From contig JBILOY010000004.1 in NCBI GenBank assembly GCA_044374195.1, positions 2,514-66,513 of the forward strand: a stretch of DNA of 64,000 nucleotides, given 5' to 3'. A model generated the notes under the pieces. That model was given only the letters and a program-made list of their open reading frames with translations, did not search any database and was not told the origin of the DNA. A program made the position numbers and the translations under genes. This DNA comes from Candidatus Nanopelagicales bacterium. Its GTDB lineage: Bacteria; Actinomycetota; Actinomycetes; S36-B12. Positions 54,036 through 64,000 of this stretch are shown in pieces (the first letter of the stretch is position 1; every line of letters begins with the position of its first letter).

Positions 54036-54904
54036 AGTTCGGCGTTGTCTATCCGCAGAATGAAACTCACGGTGATCCGCAGGCACTTCACGACCTTGGG
54101 ATAGCGATCGAATCGCTGGGCTACGACAGTGTGCTCTTCTATGACCACGTAGTAGGTGCTGATCACGCTGATCGCGAGCCACCACTCTGGGGCCCGTACA
54201 CGGAGAAGGATTCCTTCCACGATCCACTCGTGGCCTTCGGCTACCTCGCCGCGATCACCTCGAGAATCGAGCTCGCCACCGGGGTCTTGATCCTGCCTCA
54301 ACGGCAGACAGTGCTCGCGGCGCAGCAGGCAGCTGATGCCGATCTGCTCTCCGGCGGCCGCCTGCGCATCGGCGTGGGCACCGGTTGGAACTGGGTGGAG
54401 TACGACGCTCTGAATGAGGAATTCTCGACGCGCGGTAAGCGCCTCGACGAGCAGATCGAGCTGATGCGAGAACTGTGGACCAAACCGTTGGTGACCTTCG
54501 ACGGAAAGTTTCACCAGCTTGAGCGCTGCTGCATCAACCCGCGGCCCACTCGCTCAATTCCGATCTGGGTCGGCGGCTTCAGCGAGCCGGCCTTCTCTCG
54601 AGCAGCACGACTGGGCGATGGCTTCACGTTCGCTGGTGATCAAGACGATGCAATTGCGGGCATGGCTCGAGTGCGCGAACTCCTGGCCGAGTGCGGTCGC
54701 AGTGATGCGGAATTCGGGTTCGAGTACACGATGACGCGGGCGCGTGACGCTGCCGCGGTCGTGGAGACGACGTCTCGCTGGCAGGCGGCTGGCGGAAATG
54801 GCGTCTCGGTCCTGACCCAGAAGATCGGCTTCGATTCAATCGCCGGGCACATCGACTACCTCGCCGAAGTGAAGCAGGCGATCGAAACCCGCTTCGAGGC
54901 GTGA
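54032..54904 (+). CDS. Luciferase-like (LLM) oxidoreductase, probably F420-dependent
   Basis: GTGA overlap upstream. VKFGVVYPQ..., GRLRIGVGTGW, IPIWVGG. Confidence 0.8.
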   Translation: MKFGVVYPQNETHGDPQALHDLGIAIESLGYDSVLFYDHVVGADHADREPPLWGPYTEKDSFHDPLVAFGYLAAITSRIELATGVLILPQRQTVLAAQQAADADLLSGGRLRIGVGTGWNWVEYDALNEEFSTRGKRLDEQIELMRELWTKPLVTFDGKFHQLERCCINPRPTRSIPIWVGGFSEPAFSRAARLGDGFTFAGDQDDAIAGMARVRELLAECGRSDAEFGFEYTMTRARDAAAVVETTSRWQAAGGNGVSVLTQKIGFDSIAGHIDYLAEVKQAIETRFEA

Positions 54905-54986
54905 GCCCGGGCGTAACTTCGGGGGTGCGGTTTTCTTGACCTGTGATATTCTAGTTGAACCTTGAACTACTAACTCAGGAGTGCTC

Positions 54987-55958
54987 ATGCCCGCCGCCAC
55001 CGCCGATGCCCTGACCCTGCCTCGACTCTCGCCCGCTCCGACGGCAATCTCGCGCTCAGTCCTCTCGGCAACCCGTGGCCCGCGTGCTTTCGAGGGTGAG
55101 GGCTTCCCGGTGCGCCGCGCCTTTGCCGGTGTTCCCTCCGATCAGCTCGATCCCTTTATTCACATGGATCAAATGGGCGAGGTCGAATACGGCGCCGGTG
55201 AGCCCAAGGGCACGCCGTGGCATCCGCATCGAGGTTTCGAGACCTTCACGTACCTGATCGACGGCCAGTTCTTGCATCAGGATTCCAATGGCAGCGGCGG
55301 GGTGATCCTCGACGGCGGAACTCAGTACATGACTGCCGGTGACGGCATCCTGCATATCGAGACTCCACCCGAGGCACTCGTCGAATCGGGCGGCCTATTC
55401 CACGGTATTCAGCTGTGGATCAACCTGCCGAGCGCGAAGAAGCGCATCGCTCCGCAGTACCAAGATCTTCAGGGCAACGACTCGGTGATGGTGGCCTCTG
55501 CTGACGGTGGCTCCTACGTTCGCGTGCTGGCAGGCGCAGTTGACGGGCATCATGGCCCGGGCATCTCGCATACCCCACTCGCCATCACTCACGTGACCGT
55601 CGCACCCGGCGGAAGCATCTCGATCCCGTGGCCGTCGAACTTCAATGCCCTGGCCTACGTGCTCGCTGGTAGCGGCGCGATCGGCGCAGAGCAGCGCATC
55701 ATCTCCGAAGGCCAGCTCGCCGTGCTCGTCAATGGCGATCTCATTGAGATCAGCGCCGATGCCAAGCAGGATTCCCGCACCGAGAATCTCGAGATCTTCC
55801 TCATCGGTGGCGTACCGCTGCGCGAGCCGGTCGTGGCTTACGGGCCGTTCGTGATGAACACGACCGCAGAGATTCAGGAGGCCTTCGACGATTACCAGAA
55901 GGGTCGCCTGGGCACTGTGCCGGCGAACGCCATTCAGCCCCATCGCGCGCAGGGCTGA
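54987..55958 (+). CDS. Pirin-family protein
   Basis: HPHRGFETFTYLIDG metal-binding block. Confidence 0.9.
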   Translation: MPAATADALTLPRLSPAPTAISRSVLSATRGPRAFEGEGFPVRRAFAGVPSDQLDPFIHMDQMGEVEYGAGEPKGTPWHPHRGFETFTYLIDGQFLHQDSNGSGGVILDGGTQYMTAGDGILHIETPPEALVESGGLFHGIQLWINLPSAKKRIAPQYQDLQGNDSVMVASADGGSYVRVLAGAVDGHHGPGISHTPLAITHVTVAPGGSISIPWPSNFNALAYVLAGSGAIGAEQRIISEGQLAVLVNGDLIEISADAKQDSRTENLEIFLIGGVPLREPVVAYGPFVMNTTAEIQEAFDDYQKGRLGTVPANAIQPHRAQG

Positions 55959-55990
55959 CGCTCTGAGCTAGTTCTCACGAAGTGCTCACA

Positions 55991-56030
55991 ATGATGAAGG
56001 CCCTCACCATTCGGTGAGGGCCTTCATCAT
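55991..56030. terminator. Perfect 18-bp stem-loop between convergent genes
   Basis: ATGATGAAGGCCCTCACC-ATTC-GGTGAGGGCCTTCATCAT. Confidence 0.85.
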
Positions 56031-56041
56031 GGAAGAGCTAC

Positions 56042-56290
56042 TTAGATGCCGAGTGCCTTGGCCTTGGCGGCTGCGAACTCGTCATCGGTGAGGATGCCCT
56101 GCTTGTGCAGCTCGGCGAGCTTTTGCACCTGAGCCATCGGATCCTCATCCGAGGCTGCGGGGGCTGCCGGAGCGGCTGCCTGTGCTGCAGCGGCGTCCTG
56201 CGCTGCGTACTTCTGCTCCTGGCCGCGACGAACACGACCGGAAACTGCCGAGGCGGTGCCCGCAACTGCTGCTACGCGAAGAAGACCCAT
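56042..56290 (-). CDS. SHOCT-domain protein
   Basis: C-terminal KLAELHKQGILTDDEFAAAKAKALGI. Confidence 0.75.
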   Translation of the reverse strand: MGLLRVAAVAGTASAVSGRVRRGQEQKYAAQDAAAAQAAAPAAPAASDEDPMAQVQKLAELHKQGILTDDEFAAAKAKALGI

Positions 56291-56318
56291 GATGTTCCTG
56301 CTTTCCGTTGGTTGGTGT

Positions 56319-56738
56319 TTAGAAGGCGGAGGCGACGAAGTCGTCGACGACTGCGGCCGGGATGCGGATGGTGTCGATCACGACAGCATCAGAGGCGATG
56401 ATCGCATCGGCGAACTTCGCGGCCCAGGTGTTCTCGAAGGCAACGAGGAGGGCGGATGAGCCCGGCTCGAGATCCTCGCTGAGTTCCTGCGCGTCCTCAT
56501 GGTCGAGGGCACCGGCGTGGGTGACATCGATCTCGAGGTAAGCCGGGCCGTGCTCCGGATCGAGATCGGCGATCTCGATGGTTGTCACGGTGCCGTCGAG
56601 ATCCTTGCTCACGAAGAGAAGGTCAATCAGGCGGATGGTCTTGTTCTCGACGAGCTCCAGCAGGGCCGGTGCGATCTGGCCGTTGAACTTATTGCCGGGG
56701 AAGCCGATGATGATGACGTCGACGGGACCGAAGCCCAT
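56319..56738 (-). CDS. Conserved hypothetical protein (DUF6325/DUF1269-like, tentative)
   Basis: MGFGPVDVIIIGFPGNKFNGQIAPALLELV... This family is commonly paired with SHOCT proteins in actinobacteria. Confidence 0.6.
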   Translation of the reverse strand: MGFGPVDVIIIGFPGNKFNGQIAPALLELVENKTIRLIDLLFVSKDLDGTVTTIEIADLDPEHGPAYLEIDVTHAGALDHEDAQELSEDLEPGSSALLVAFENTWAAKFADAIIASDAVVIDTIRIPAAVVDDFVASAF

Positions 56739-56811
56739 GTGAACTCCTACGTGATGGAAGGTGGGGTAGCCCCCTCAGTGTAGGCGAGCCCTGGGATGGG
56801 GGACTCCGAGA

Positions 56812-58263
56812 TCACGAACGTGACGCTGCGACCGCCCGAGATGCCCTGCGGCCGAAGATCACGCCACCCGCCAGGCTCATTCCGCTGCCGTACTCATCGC
56901 CGTCCTGCGAGAGATGGGAGGTGCAGGCGCCTGCGGCGTAAAGGCCCGAGATCGCTGAGCCGTCGTCACGCAGCACGCGGGAGTCGGCATCAGTCCACAG
57001 GCCACCGAGTGACATCCAGTGGTAGTCGGATGTCGGGATCGACAGGTCGAACACGGCATACGGCGGCTCGAGCACCTTGATCCAGTCGGGGTGCTTGTGG
57101 AATTGGGTGTCCTCGCCGTTCTCGGCATCGGTGTTGTAGTCGTCGAGGGTGCGCTGGAGAACTTCCGGGGGCACACCCATGGCCGCGGCCATTTCCTGAA
57201 CTGATTCGTAGGCATCCATGAAGATGTGCGAGCCGTGCTTGGGGTAGTCGAAGGATTCCTCGTCCAAGATCAAGAACGCCTTATGCCCGGGCTGCTTCTC
57301 CGTGTACACCGCAGTGCGACCGTGGTAGGCGTCTTCGGTCACAAAGCGCTCACCATTGGAGTTGACGATGATGCCCTTGATGAGCTGTGGCGGGGGATAG
57401 ATCGACGCGGTCGGCACGGTGCCGTGCATTCCGCGCTCGGCACCGCCGACTGATTCGCCGAGCAGTAAGCCAGCGCCATCGTTTTGCGGAGTGCCCAGTG
57501 GCTTGCCGTAGGTGGCGAAGGTCGGCATGTGCTTCATTGTGATTTCGGCGTTGAGGTTGAAGCTGCCGGCGGCGATCATCACTCCAGAGGTTGCCTGCAC
57601 GAAGAGGTCGGCGCCCTCCTTGCGCATCTTCACGCCGACGATGCGATCGCCGTCGATGACCAACGCAGTGACAGCAGCGTCATAGATGACAGGAACTGCG
57701 CGCTCCTTGACAGTGGCGAGCACGGCATTCATCGCGACCGAGCCGCCGCTGATCTCTCCTTGGCCGGAGACCTGGTGCCCGCGCATCACCGGCTTCGCGA
57801 TATCGCGGAACGGCCACACCTTCTCATTGCAGGTACTGAGCAGACCCTCGCCGGAGCGGATGTAGACCGCCTTCTCCTTGTAGGCCTCGCGCTTGAACGG
57901 CACGCCCTGCGCCTCGAGCCAGTCAAAGGCCTCGATGCTCTCGTCGATATAGGCATCGAGCTTTTCGGTGTCGGGGGAGGTGATGATCGCTTCCATGAAG
58001 GCGCGGTAGTTGTCGACGCTCTCGTCGTAGCCAACAGCCTTCTGCAGTGCGGTGCCGCCACCGAAGTAGAAGATGCCCTGAGAGAGGGCGCTAGCGCCGC
58101 CTCCACCACTCGCCCGCTCGATGACAAGGACGTCAATGCCGAGCTCTTGAGCTTCGAGGGCCGCCGCGGAACCGGCGATTCCCAGGCCGATCACCACGAA
58201 CTCAGCGGTGCGATCCCAGGAAGGAACATCTGCGGCGCTGACGGGCGGTTCGACGATGCTCAT
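56812..58263 (-). CDS. FAD-binding oxidoreductase (KstD / fumarate-reductase flavoprotein-like)
   Basis: VVIGLGIAGSAAALEA dinucleotide fold and C-terminal GLYAAGAC. Confidence 0.85.
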   Translation of the reverse strand: MSIVEPPVSAADVPSWDRTAEFVVIGLGIAGSAAALEAQELGIDVLVIERASGGGGASALSQGIFYFGGGTALQKAVGYDESVDNYRAFMEAIITSPDTEKLDAYIDESIEAFDWLEAQGVPFKREAYKEKAVYIRSGEGLLSTCNEKVWPFRDIAKPVMRGHQVSGQGEISGGSVAMNAVLATVKERAVPVIYDAAVTALVIDGDRIVGVKMRKEGADLFVQATSGVMIAAGSFNLNAEITMKHMPTFATYGKPLGTPQNDGAGLLLGESVGGAERGMHGTVPTASIYPPPQLIKGIIVNSNGERFVTEDAYHGRTAVYTEKQPGHKAFLILDEESFDYPKHGSHIFMDAYESVQEMAAAMGVPPEVLQRTLDDYNTDAENGEDTQFHKHPDWIKVLEPPYAVFDLSIPTSDYHWMSLGGLWTDADSRVLRDDGSAISGLYAAGACTSHLSQDGDEYGSGMSLAGGVIFGRRASRAVAASRS

Positions 58264-58371
58264 GCAGGTCCTTCACTTGGGGCTTCTCAATCTACTGTGC
58301 GCGAACGTGGATATGGCGGGTTGTATAGATGAATCCATGCGGGCTAGGTCACCCGCTGGGATACTCCAGCC

Positions 58372-59163
58372 ATGTCGATACTCGATCTCTTCCGCGTCGA
58401 CGGCCAGGTTGCCGTCATCACCGGCTCCGGCCGCGGCATCGGCCGCGCCATCACGATTGCCCTCGCCGAGGCAGGTGCGGACGTCGTCATTACCTCGCGT
58501 CGGGCGGAGGAGGTTGCAGCAGTGGCCGCGGAGGTGCGGTCCCTCGGGCGTCGCGCCCTCGAGATGCCCGGTGACTTAAAGAAGCCGGGAATGCCCAAGG
58601 AGCTCGCCGAGGCAGCAATCGCCGAATTCGGGCGCCTTGATATCTGGATCAATAACGCCGGTGGTACCGACGACGCTCATGTGCAGCCGATGACCATGAC
58701 GACCGACGACCAGATGCGCGACATGCTCGAGCTCAACCTCATCGCAGCGGCTGCCGGTTCGCGCGAAGCAGCTCTGCGGATGCCCAACGGTGGCGCGATC
58801 GTGAACATCTCATCAGGTGCGGGCATGCGTGCTGCGCCGAACACCGCCGCCTACGCGGCGTCGAAGGCAGCACTGCTCAACCTCACTCAGACGATGGCCG
58901 CGGAGCTCGCGTCCGAGGGGATTCGTGTGAACGCTATCTCGCCCGGAATGGTGCCGACCGAGTCGTTCTATCGAGTGCTGCAGTTCACCGATGCTGACAT
59001 GCCCAAGCTGGCCGCAACCGTGCCGCTGGGTCGGATGGGCACGCCCGAGGACATGGCGGCGGGCGTGCTGTATCTCGCCTCGCCCGCCTCGGGCTGGGTC
59101 ACGGGCCAGAACATCCTTATCGGCGGCGGACGCGACGGCGGAAAGTCGGTCGAGCACCGCTAA
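58372..59163 (+). CDS. SDR-family oxidoreductase (FabG-like)
   Basis: TGSGRGIGRA and YAASKAA. Confidence 0.9.
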   Translation: MSILDLFRVDGQVAVITGSGRGIGRAITIALAEAGADVVITSRRAEEVAAVAAEVRSLGRRALEMPGDLKKPGMPKELAEAAIAEFGRLDIWINNAGGTDDAHVQPMTMTTDDQMRDMLELNLIAAAAGSREAALRMPNGGAIVNISSGAGMRAAPNTAAYAASKAALLNLTQTMAAELASEGIRVNAISPGMVPTESFYRVLQFTDADMPKLAATVPLGRMGTPEDMAAGVLYLASPASGWVTGQNILIGGGRDGGKSVEHR

Positions 59164-59199
59164 CCCAGTTCGCGGGGGTCTTGACGGCACAATTGCCTG

Positions 59200-60036
59200 A
59201 TGATCACCGGAATCGGCTGGATGCCATGGCGCTACGCGCTATGGATGGCGGCAATCGCCGCTGCGCTCTGGCTGATCCTGCGCATGTTCCCGCGCACCAA
59301 GAACGCTTCGTGGATCTTCCGCGAGACCTCGTTGATCATGGTGCTGTACGCCCTGTGGCAGTACGTCGGCTCGTTCGACTTCGGAGATTTCTCCAAGGCT
59401 GATCAGGCAGGGCTTTGGCTGGCCGAGCTGCAGCAGAATCTCTACTGGCCGAGTGAGGCATGGATCCAGGCTCCGGTGCTCGGCCACGAGTGGTTGATGA
59501 GGGCGGTTGACACCTACTACTCGGCCCTTCACATCCCCGTCTTCATCATCACGCTGATGTGGGTTCTCATCTTTCATCGCCGTGACTGGAACTTCGTGCG
59601 CACCACGACCGCGCTGCTCACCGGCGCCTGTCTGGTAATCCAGTTCATCCCGGTGGCTCCGCCGCGACTGCTGCCCTCCCTGGGCATCATCGATACGGCC
59701 CAACTGACTGGCTTGTCGGTCTACCAGGCGATTCCGGGTGCTAACCAGTACGCCGCAATGCCGTCGGTCCACTGCGGCTGGTCGGCCGCCGTTGCCTTCT
59801 TCATCATCGTGGTGGCCCGCAGCCCATGGCGCTGGCTCGCGGTGCTCTATCCGCTGGCGACGTTGTGGGTTGTCGTGGTCACGGGCAATCACTTCATCAT
59901 CGACGGGGTCGTGGCGTACATCCTGTTGGCTGCTGCTGCGGGCATCGCCTGCATCTTCCCGAGCCAGCGCCCGGTGCGCTGGAGCCGCGTTTCCCTTGAC
60001 TCTTCCTCCTTACATGACGAATCCTTGGTGTCATGA
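59200..60036 (+). CDS. PAP2_C-type membrane protein (inositolphosphotransferase / sphingomyelin-synthase-like)
   Basis: Six TM segments. The MPSVHCGWS and GNHFIIDG motifs match the PAP2 C2/C3 motifs. Confidence 0.7.
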   Translation: MITGIGWMPWRYALWMAAIAAALWLILRMFPRTKNASWIFRETSLIMVLYALWQYVGSFDFGDFSKADQAGLWLAELQQNLYWPSEAWIQAPVLGHEWLMRAVDTYYSALHIPVFIITLMWVLIFHRRDWNFVRTTTALLTGACLVIQFIPVAPPRLLPSLGIIDTAQLTGLSVYQAIPGANQYAAMPSVHCGWSAAVAFFIIVVARSPWRWLAVLYPLATLWVVVVTGNHFIIDGVVAYILLAAAAGIACIFPSQRPVRWSRVSLDSSSLHDESLVS

Positions 60037-60209
60037 GCGAGCAGCCATTTTCTGGTCGGGCTACCGGTGAACGTGAAGATTTTGAGGCTGAAGAGCAGGC
60101 GGAGATAGCCTGGCTTGGAGAACTTGCCAGGCGCGTTCTGCTGACATCGGAATGGGATCAGGTTGAGTCCCCGCGTCCCAGCGACGAGACGCAGGCCGTC
60201 AGCCCCTAG
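60033..60209 (+). CDS. Possible 58-aa acidic protein coupled to the PAP2 gene (absent from the ORF track)
   Basis: ATG overlaps the PAP2 stop (ATGA). MSEQPFSGRATGEREDFEAEEQAEIAWLGELARRVL... No recognisable family. Confidence 0.35.
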   Translation: MSEQPFSGRATGEREDFEAEEQAEIAWLGELARRVLLTSEWDQVESPRPSDETQAVSP

Positions 60210-61640
<1,431 letters not shown>

Positions 61641-61675
61641 GGCGGCTGGCATGAGTTCGCGTCCGGCACTGACTA

Positions 61676-62149
61676 GTGCCCGCATTCATGGGTAATGGCA
61701 CTAATGATCCGATGATCGCCCGCGCGATCCTCGACAGTCATGCCTCGCGCGTTGGCACTGAACTCATCGAGCGCACCGGAAATGCCGACAGTGATGCCGA
61801 ACTGCTCTTCATGCTCGATGCCGTCATCCTCAGTCACGACGGCGGCGAGGACCCGCATTTTGTCTATGCAAATCAGGCTGCTGCTGATCTGTGGCGCATG
61901 CCTGTCAGCGAACTCATCGGGATGCCGTCGCGGCTCTCGGCGCCGCCGGAGCATCAGGCCTCACGTGCGTCGATGCTCAAGGATGCTGCCGACTCAGGAG
62001 TGCTCACCGGTTACGCGGGGGAGCGCATTGCCAAAGACGGCACGCGATTCATGATCGAGGATGCGACACTCTGGACGGTTGATTACCCGCAGGGGCCAGG
62101 CCAAGCAGTGGTCTTTCGATCGCGGGAGACCACCCAAGCGTGGCAGTGA
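61676..62149 (+). CDS. Stand-alone MEKHLA (PAS-like) domain protein
   Basis: FVYANQAAADLWRMPVSELIGMPSRLSAPP...GYAGERIAKDGTRFMIEDATLWTV. Confidence 0.7.
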   Translation: MPAFMGNGTNDPMIARAILDSHASRVGTELIERTGNADSDAELLFMLDAVILSHDGGEDPHFVYANQAAADLWRMPVSELIGMPSRLSAPPEHQASRASMLKDAADSGVLTGYAGERIAKDGTRFMIEDATLWTVDYPQGPGQAVVFRSRETTQAWQ

Positions 62150-62201
62150 CCGCCGTACCGGGGGAGGGCACGACGGCCACTGGATCATGGAGCGCTCTTT
62201 G

Positions 62202-62354
62202 TCAGCAGCACTTCTTGGAGCGCGCGCGTCGACGGGTAGAGAGTCGCAATGCTGTGTAGAGAACTCCGATGCCGACAACGGCCAGCAGGATGAGGCTGGC
62301 AGGAGTCACGCCTGCTTTCGTTGCAGGTTCCGGAGCGATCGCGGGCGGCTTCAT
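62202..62354 (-). CDS. Possible 50-aa single-TM protein ending in RRRARSKKCC (absent from the ORF track)
   Basis: AAGGAGAAG RBS lies 4 nt before the ATG. MKPPAIAPEPATKAGVTPASLILLAVVGIGVLYTALRLSTRRRARSKKCC. Confidence 0.45.
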   Translation of the reverse strand: MKPPAIAPEPATKAGVTPASLILLAVVGIGVLYTALRLSTRRRARSKKCC

Positions 62355-62470
62355 CGACTTCTCCTTTGGTCGAGTGGTGCTCTACTTCAACCATGCGGAG
62401 ATCCAAGGCGTGATGCGTTGGTGAACGGGGTGGTTAGACAGTCAAAGACTTCGTTAGCTCGCTGTGATGC

Positions 62471-64000
62471 CTACGCGTGAATACGGGCATTCGTGGGGTC
62501 GTACATGGGCTTCAGCGAAGCGGTGGCGCTGTGTCTCGTACCCGCGATGTCGACCTGCCAGGTCGCGCTGGCGAGGAAGTCTGCGGTGATCGGCTCATCC
62601 GCCTCGATCATGGCTAGGCCGACTGCTGCGCCGAGGGTGTGACCGTAGCTCGCTGCACGTGTGTAGCCGAGGGGGATTCCATCGCGGTAAACGATCTCCG
62701 CGTGGAACATCATTGGTTCGGGATCGTCGAGCTTGATCTGCACGAGTCGCTTGGTGAGAGGGCCTTCGGCCTTCTTCGCCTCGACTGCTGCCTTGCCGAT
62801 GAAGTCGGGCTTGTCGAGGGCGACGGCAAAGCCGAGGCCGGCCTCGAGCACCGAGTCGGTGTTGTCGATGTCGTGGCCGTAGTCGCGGTAGCCCTTTTCT
62901 ATACGCAAGCTGGCGAGTGCTTTCAAGCCCACATGCGCCATGCCGAAACTCTGGCCTGCTTCCGCGATGCGCTTGTAGGCGTGGCCTGCCATCTCTGACG
63001 GGATGTAGAGCTCGTAACCGAGTTCGCCGAGGTAGGTGATGCGAATGCAGAGGGCGCGGGCGAAGCCGAGATCGATCTCCCTCGCCGTGCGGAACGGGAA
63101 TGCTTCGTTGCTGAGGTCAACTGTCGTGATGGATTGCAGAAGTGCGCGCGAGTTCGGGCCCTGGATGTTGATCTGGGCGTAGCCGCTGGTCACGTCAGCG
63201 ACGAAGGCGTGCTTGTCTTCGGCAGCGCGCTTCAAGCGGGTGAGCACATGGCGATGGGCGGTGTCGGAGGCGACAACGAAGAAGTGCTCGTCATCGAGCT
63301 TGGTGACCGTGAGGTCAGCCTCGAGCAGTCCCTGCTCGTTCAGCCACTGGGTATAGGTGATGCGACCGGAATTGTCGTTGACTCTGTTGGCCGAGAGGTG
63401 ATCGAGCATGCGGCCTGCATCGGCGCCTTCGACCATGAACTTCGCCATGAACGACATGTCCATTAGTCCAACGTTCTCGCGCACGGCCTTGTGTTCCGCG
63501 GCCCAGTAGTCGAACCAATTCTCGCGGCCCCAGCTGAGATTCGTGACCTCGGGCTTCTTGCCCTCGGGGGCGAACCAGTCGGCGCCCTCCCACCCGCTCA
63601 CATCGCGGAAGTAGGCGCGGTTTTCGACAAGGCGGTCATGAATGGGGGAGCGCTTCACGCCACGGGCGCTTTGCATCGAGCGGCTCGGATAGTGAGCGGC
63701 ATAGACCATGCCGAGTGATTCGACCGTGCGCTCGGCGCGGTACTGCGGGTTCGCCTGGTAAGCGTGCAGACGATCGATGTTGAATCCGGTGATATCGACA
63801 TCGGGTTGGCCGGTGGTGATCCAGTGAGCCATGACTCGGCCGAGTCCGCCGCCGGTCAGGATGCCGATGGAGTTAAGGCCTGCAGTAACGAAGTAGTTCT
63901 TGATCTCGGGTGCTTCGCCGACAACGGGCAGCAGATCAGGGGTGAACGACTCGGGGCCGCAGAAGAACTTGCGCACACCGGTCTCGAGCGAGATGGGCAC
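62471..64000 (-). CDS. Dimethylglycine/sarcosine-dehydrogenase-like protein (FAD domain plus GcvT aminomethyltransferase domain), N-terminus outside the window
   Basis: The C-terminal GcvT fold is complete. The ORF is open to the window edge. Confidence 0.85.
   Translation of the reverse strand: MPISLETGVRKFFCGPESFTPDLLPVVGEAPEIKNYFVTAGLNSIGILTGGGLGRVMAHWITTGQPDVDITGFNIDRLHAYQANPQYRAERTVESLGMVYAAHYPSRSMQSARGVKRSPIHDRLVENRAYFRDVSGWEGADWFAPEGKKPEVTNLSWGRENWFDYWAAEHKAVRENVGLMDMSFMAKFMVEGADAGRMLDHLSANRVNDNSGRITYTQWLNEQGLLEADLTVTKLDDEHFFVVASDTAHRHVLTRLKRAAEDKHAFVADVTSGYAQINIQGPNSRALLQSITTVDLSNEAFPFRTAREIDLGFARALCIRITYLGELGYELYIPSEMAGHAYKRIAEAGQSFGMAHVGLKALASLRIEKGYRDYGHDIDNTDSVLEAGLGFAVALDKPDFIGKAAVEAKKAEGPLTKRLVQIKLDDPEPMMFHAEIVYRDGIPLGYTRAASYGHTLGAAVGLAMIEADEPITADFLASATWQVDIAGTRHSATASLKPMYDPTNARIHA

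Overview
The window looks like a high-GC Actinomycetota chromosome (Micrococcales-like; inferred from GTG/TTG starts, many ATGA/GTGA start-stop overlaps and gene content). I found no rRNA, tRNA, CRISPR array, integrase or transposase.

Layout, left to right:
1. 60-8294, zinc block: a COG0523 GTPase, a WD40 protein and a Cys-rich ferredoxin-fold protein in one coupled operon, then zur, a Zur-box palindrome, znuACB, a small Cys protein of unknown family, and a COG0701 permease with a TIGR03943-like partner.
2. 8741-19269, tightly coupled catabolic cluster: alpha/beta hydrolase, TPP-dependent E1 alpha and beta with no E2/E3, SDR, MBL hydrolase, amidohydrolase, EthD, a family-5 solute-binding homolog without a signal peptide, LacI, and a protein resembling the N,N-dimethylformamidase large subunit.
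3. 19281-24511, a 5.2 kb toxin-antitoxin (TA) and decay island bounded by perfect 20-bp direct repeats. It holds a higB'-'higA deletion fusion, an XRE plus 4-TM membrane pair, an ABM pseudogene with an in-frame TAG, tetR' and 'mfs fragments, intact higBA and abiEi/abiEii. A roughly 100-180 nt noncoding element recurs behind each TA cassette.
4. 24865-34407, RpiR-associated amine/amide catabolic block: GS-like ligase, amidohydrolase_2, M20D hydrolase, GMC oxidoreductase, rocD-like and GSA-like aminotransferases, and an SDR.
5. 34551-35588, a second patch of gene fragments, followed by a RelE/XRE TA pair.
6. About 36.3-39.6 kb, a visibly more AT-rich segment encoding secreted and membrane proteins, including a YHYH protein and tandem 4-TM paralogs.
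7. 40367-44192, the intact tetR-P450-MFS locus whose decayed paralogs appear at 21.4 and 34.9 kb, here followed by a Phd/VapC pair.
8. 44225-64000, mixed housekeeping and accessory genes: a pentapeptide-repeat secreted protein, AKR, TetR/DHA2 MFS, Ntn hydrolase, an S4-DUF2510-SET operon, SnoaL/LLM, pirin, SHOCT, an FAD oxidoreductase, SDR, PAP2, argG, MEKHLA, and a partial GcvT-type dehydrogenase.

The observations I rate highest:
- The repeat-bounded, integrase-less TA island and its recurring cassette-3' element.
- The three decay states of the tetR-P450-MFS locus, each with a different TA module downstream.
- The COG0523-WD40-ferredoxin-fold operon beside zur.

Every family assignment comes from reading motifs by eye. 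No database search was run.
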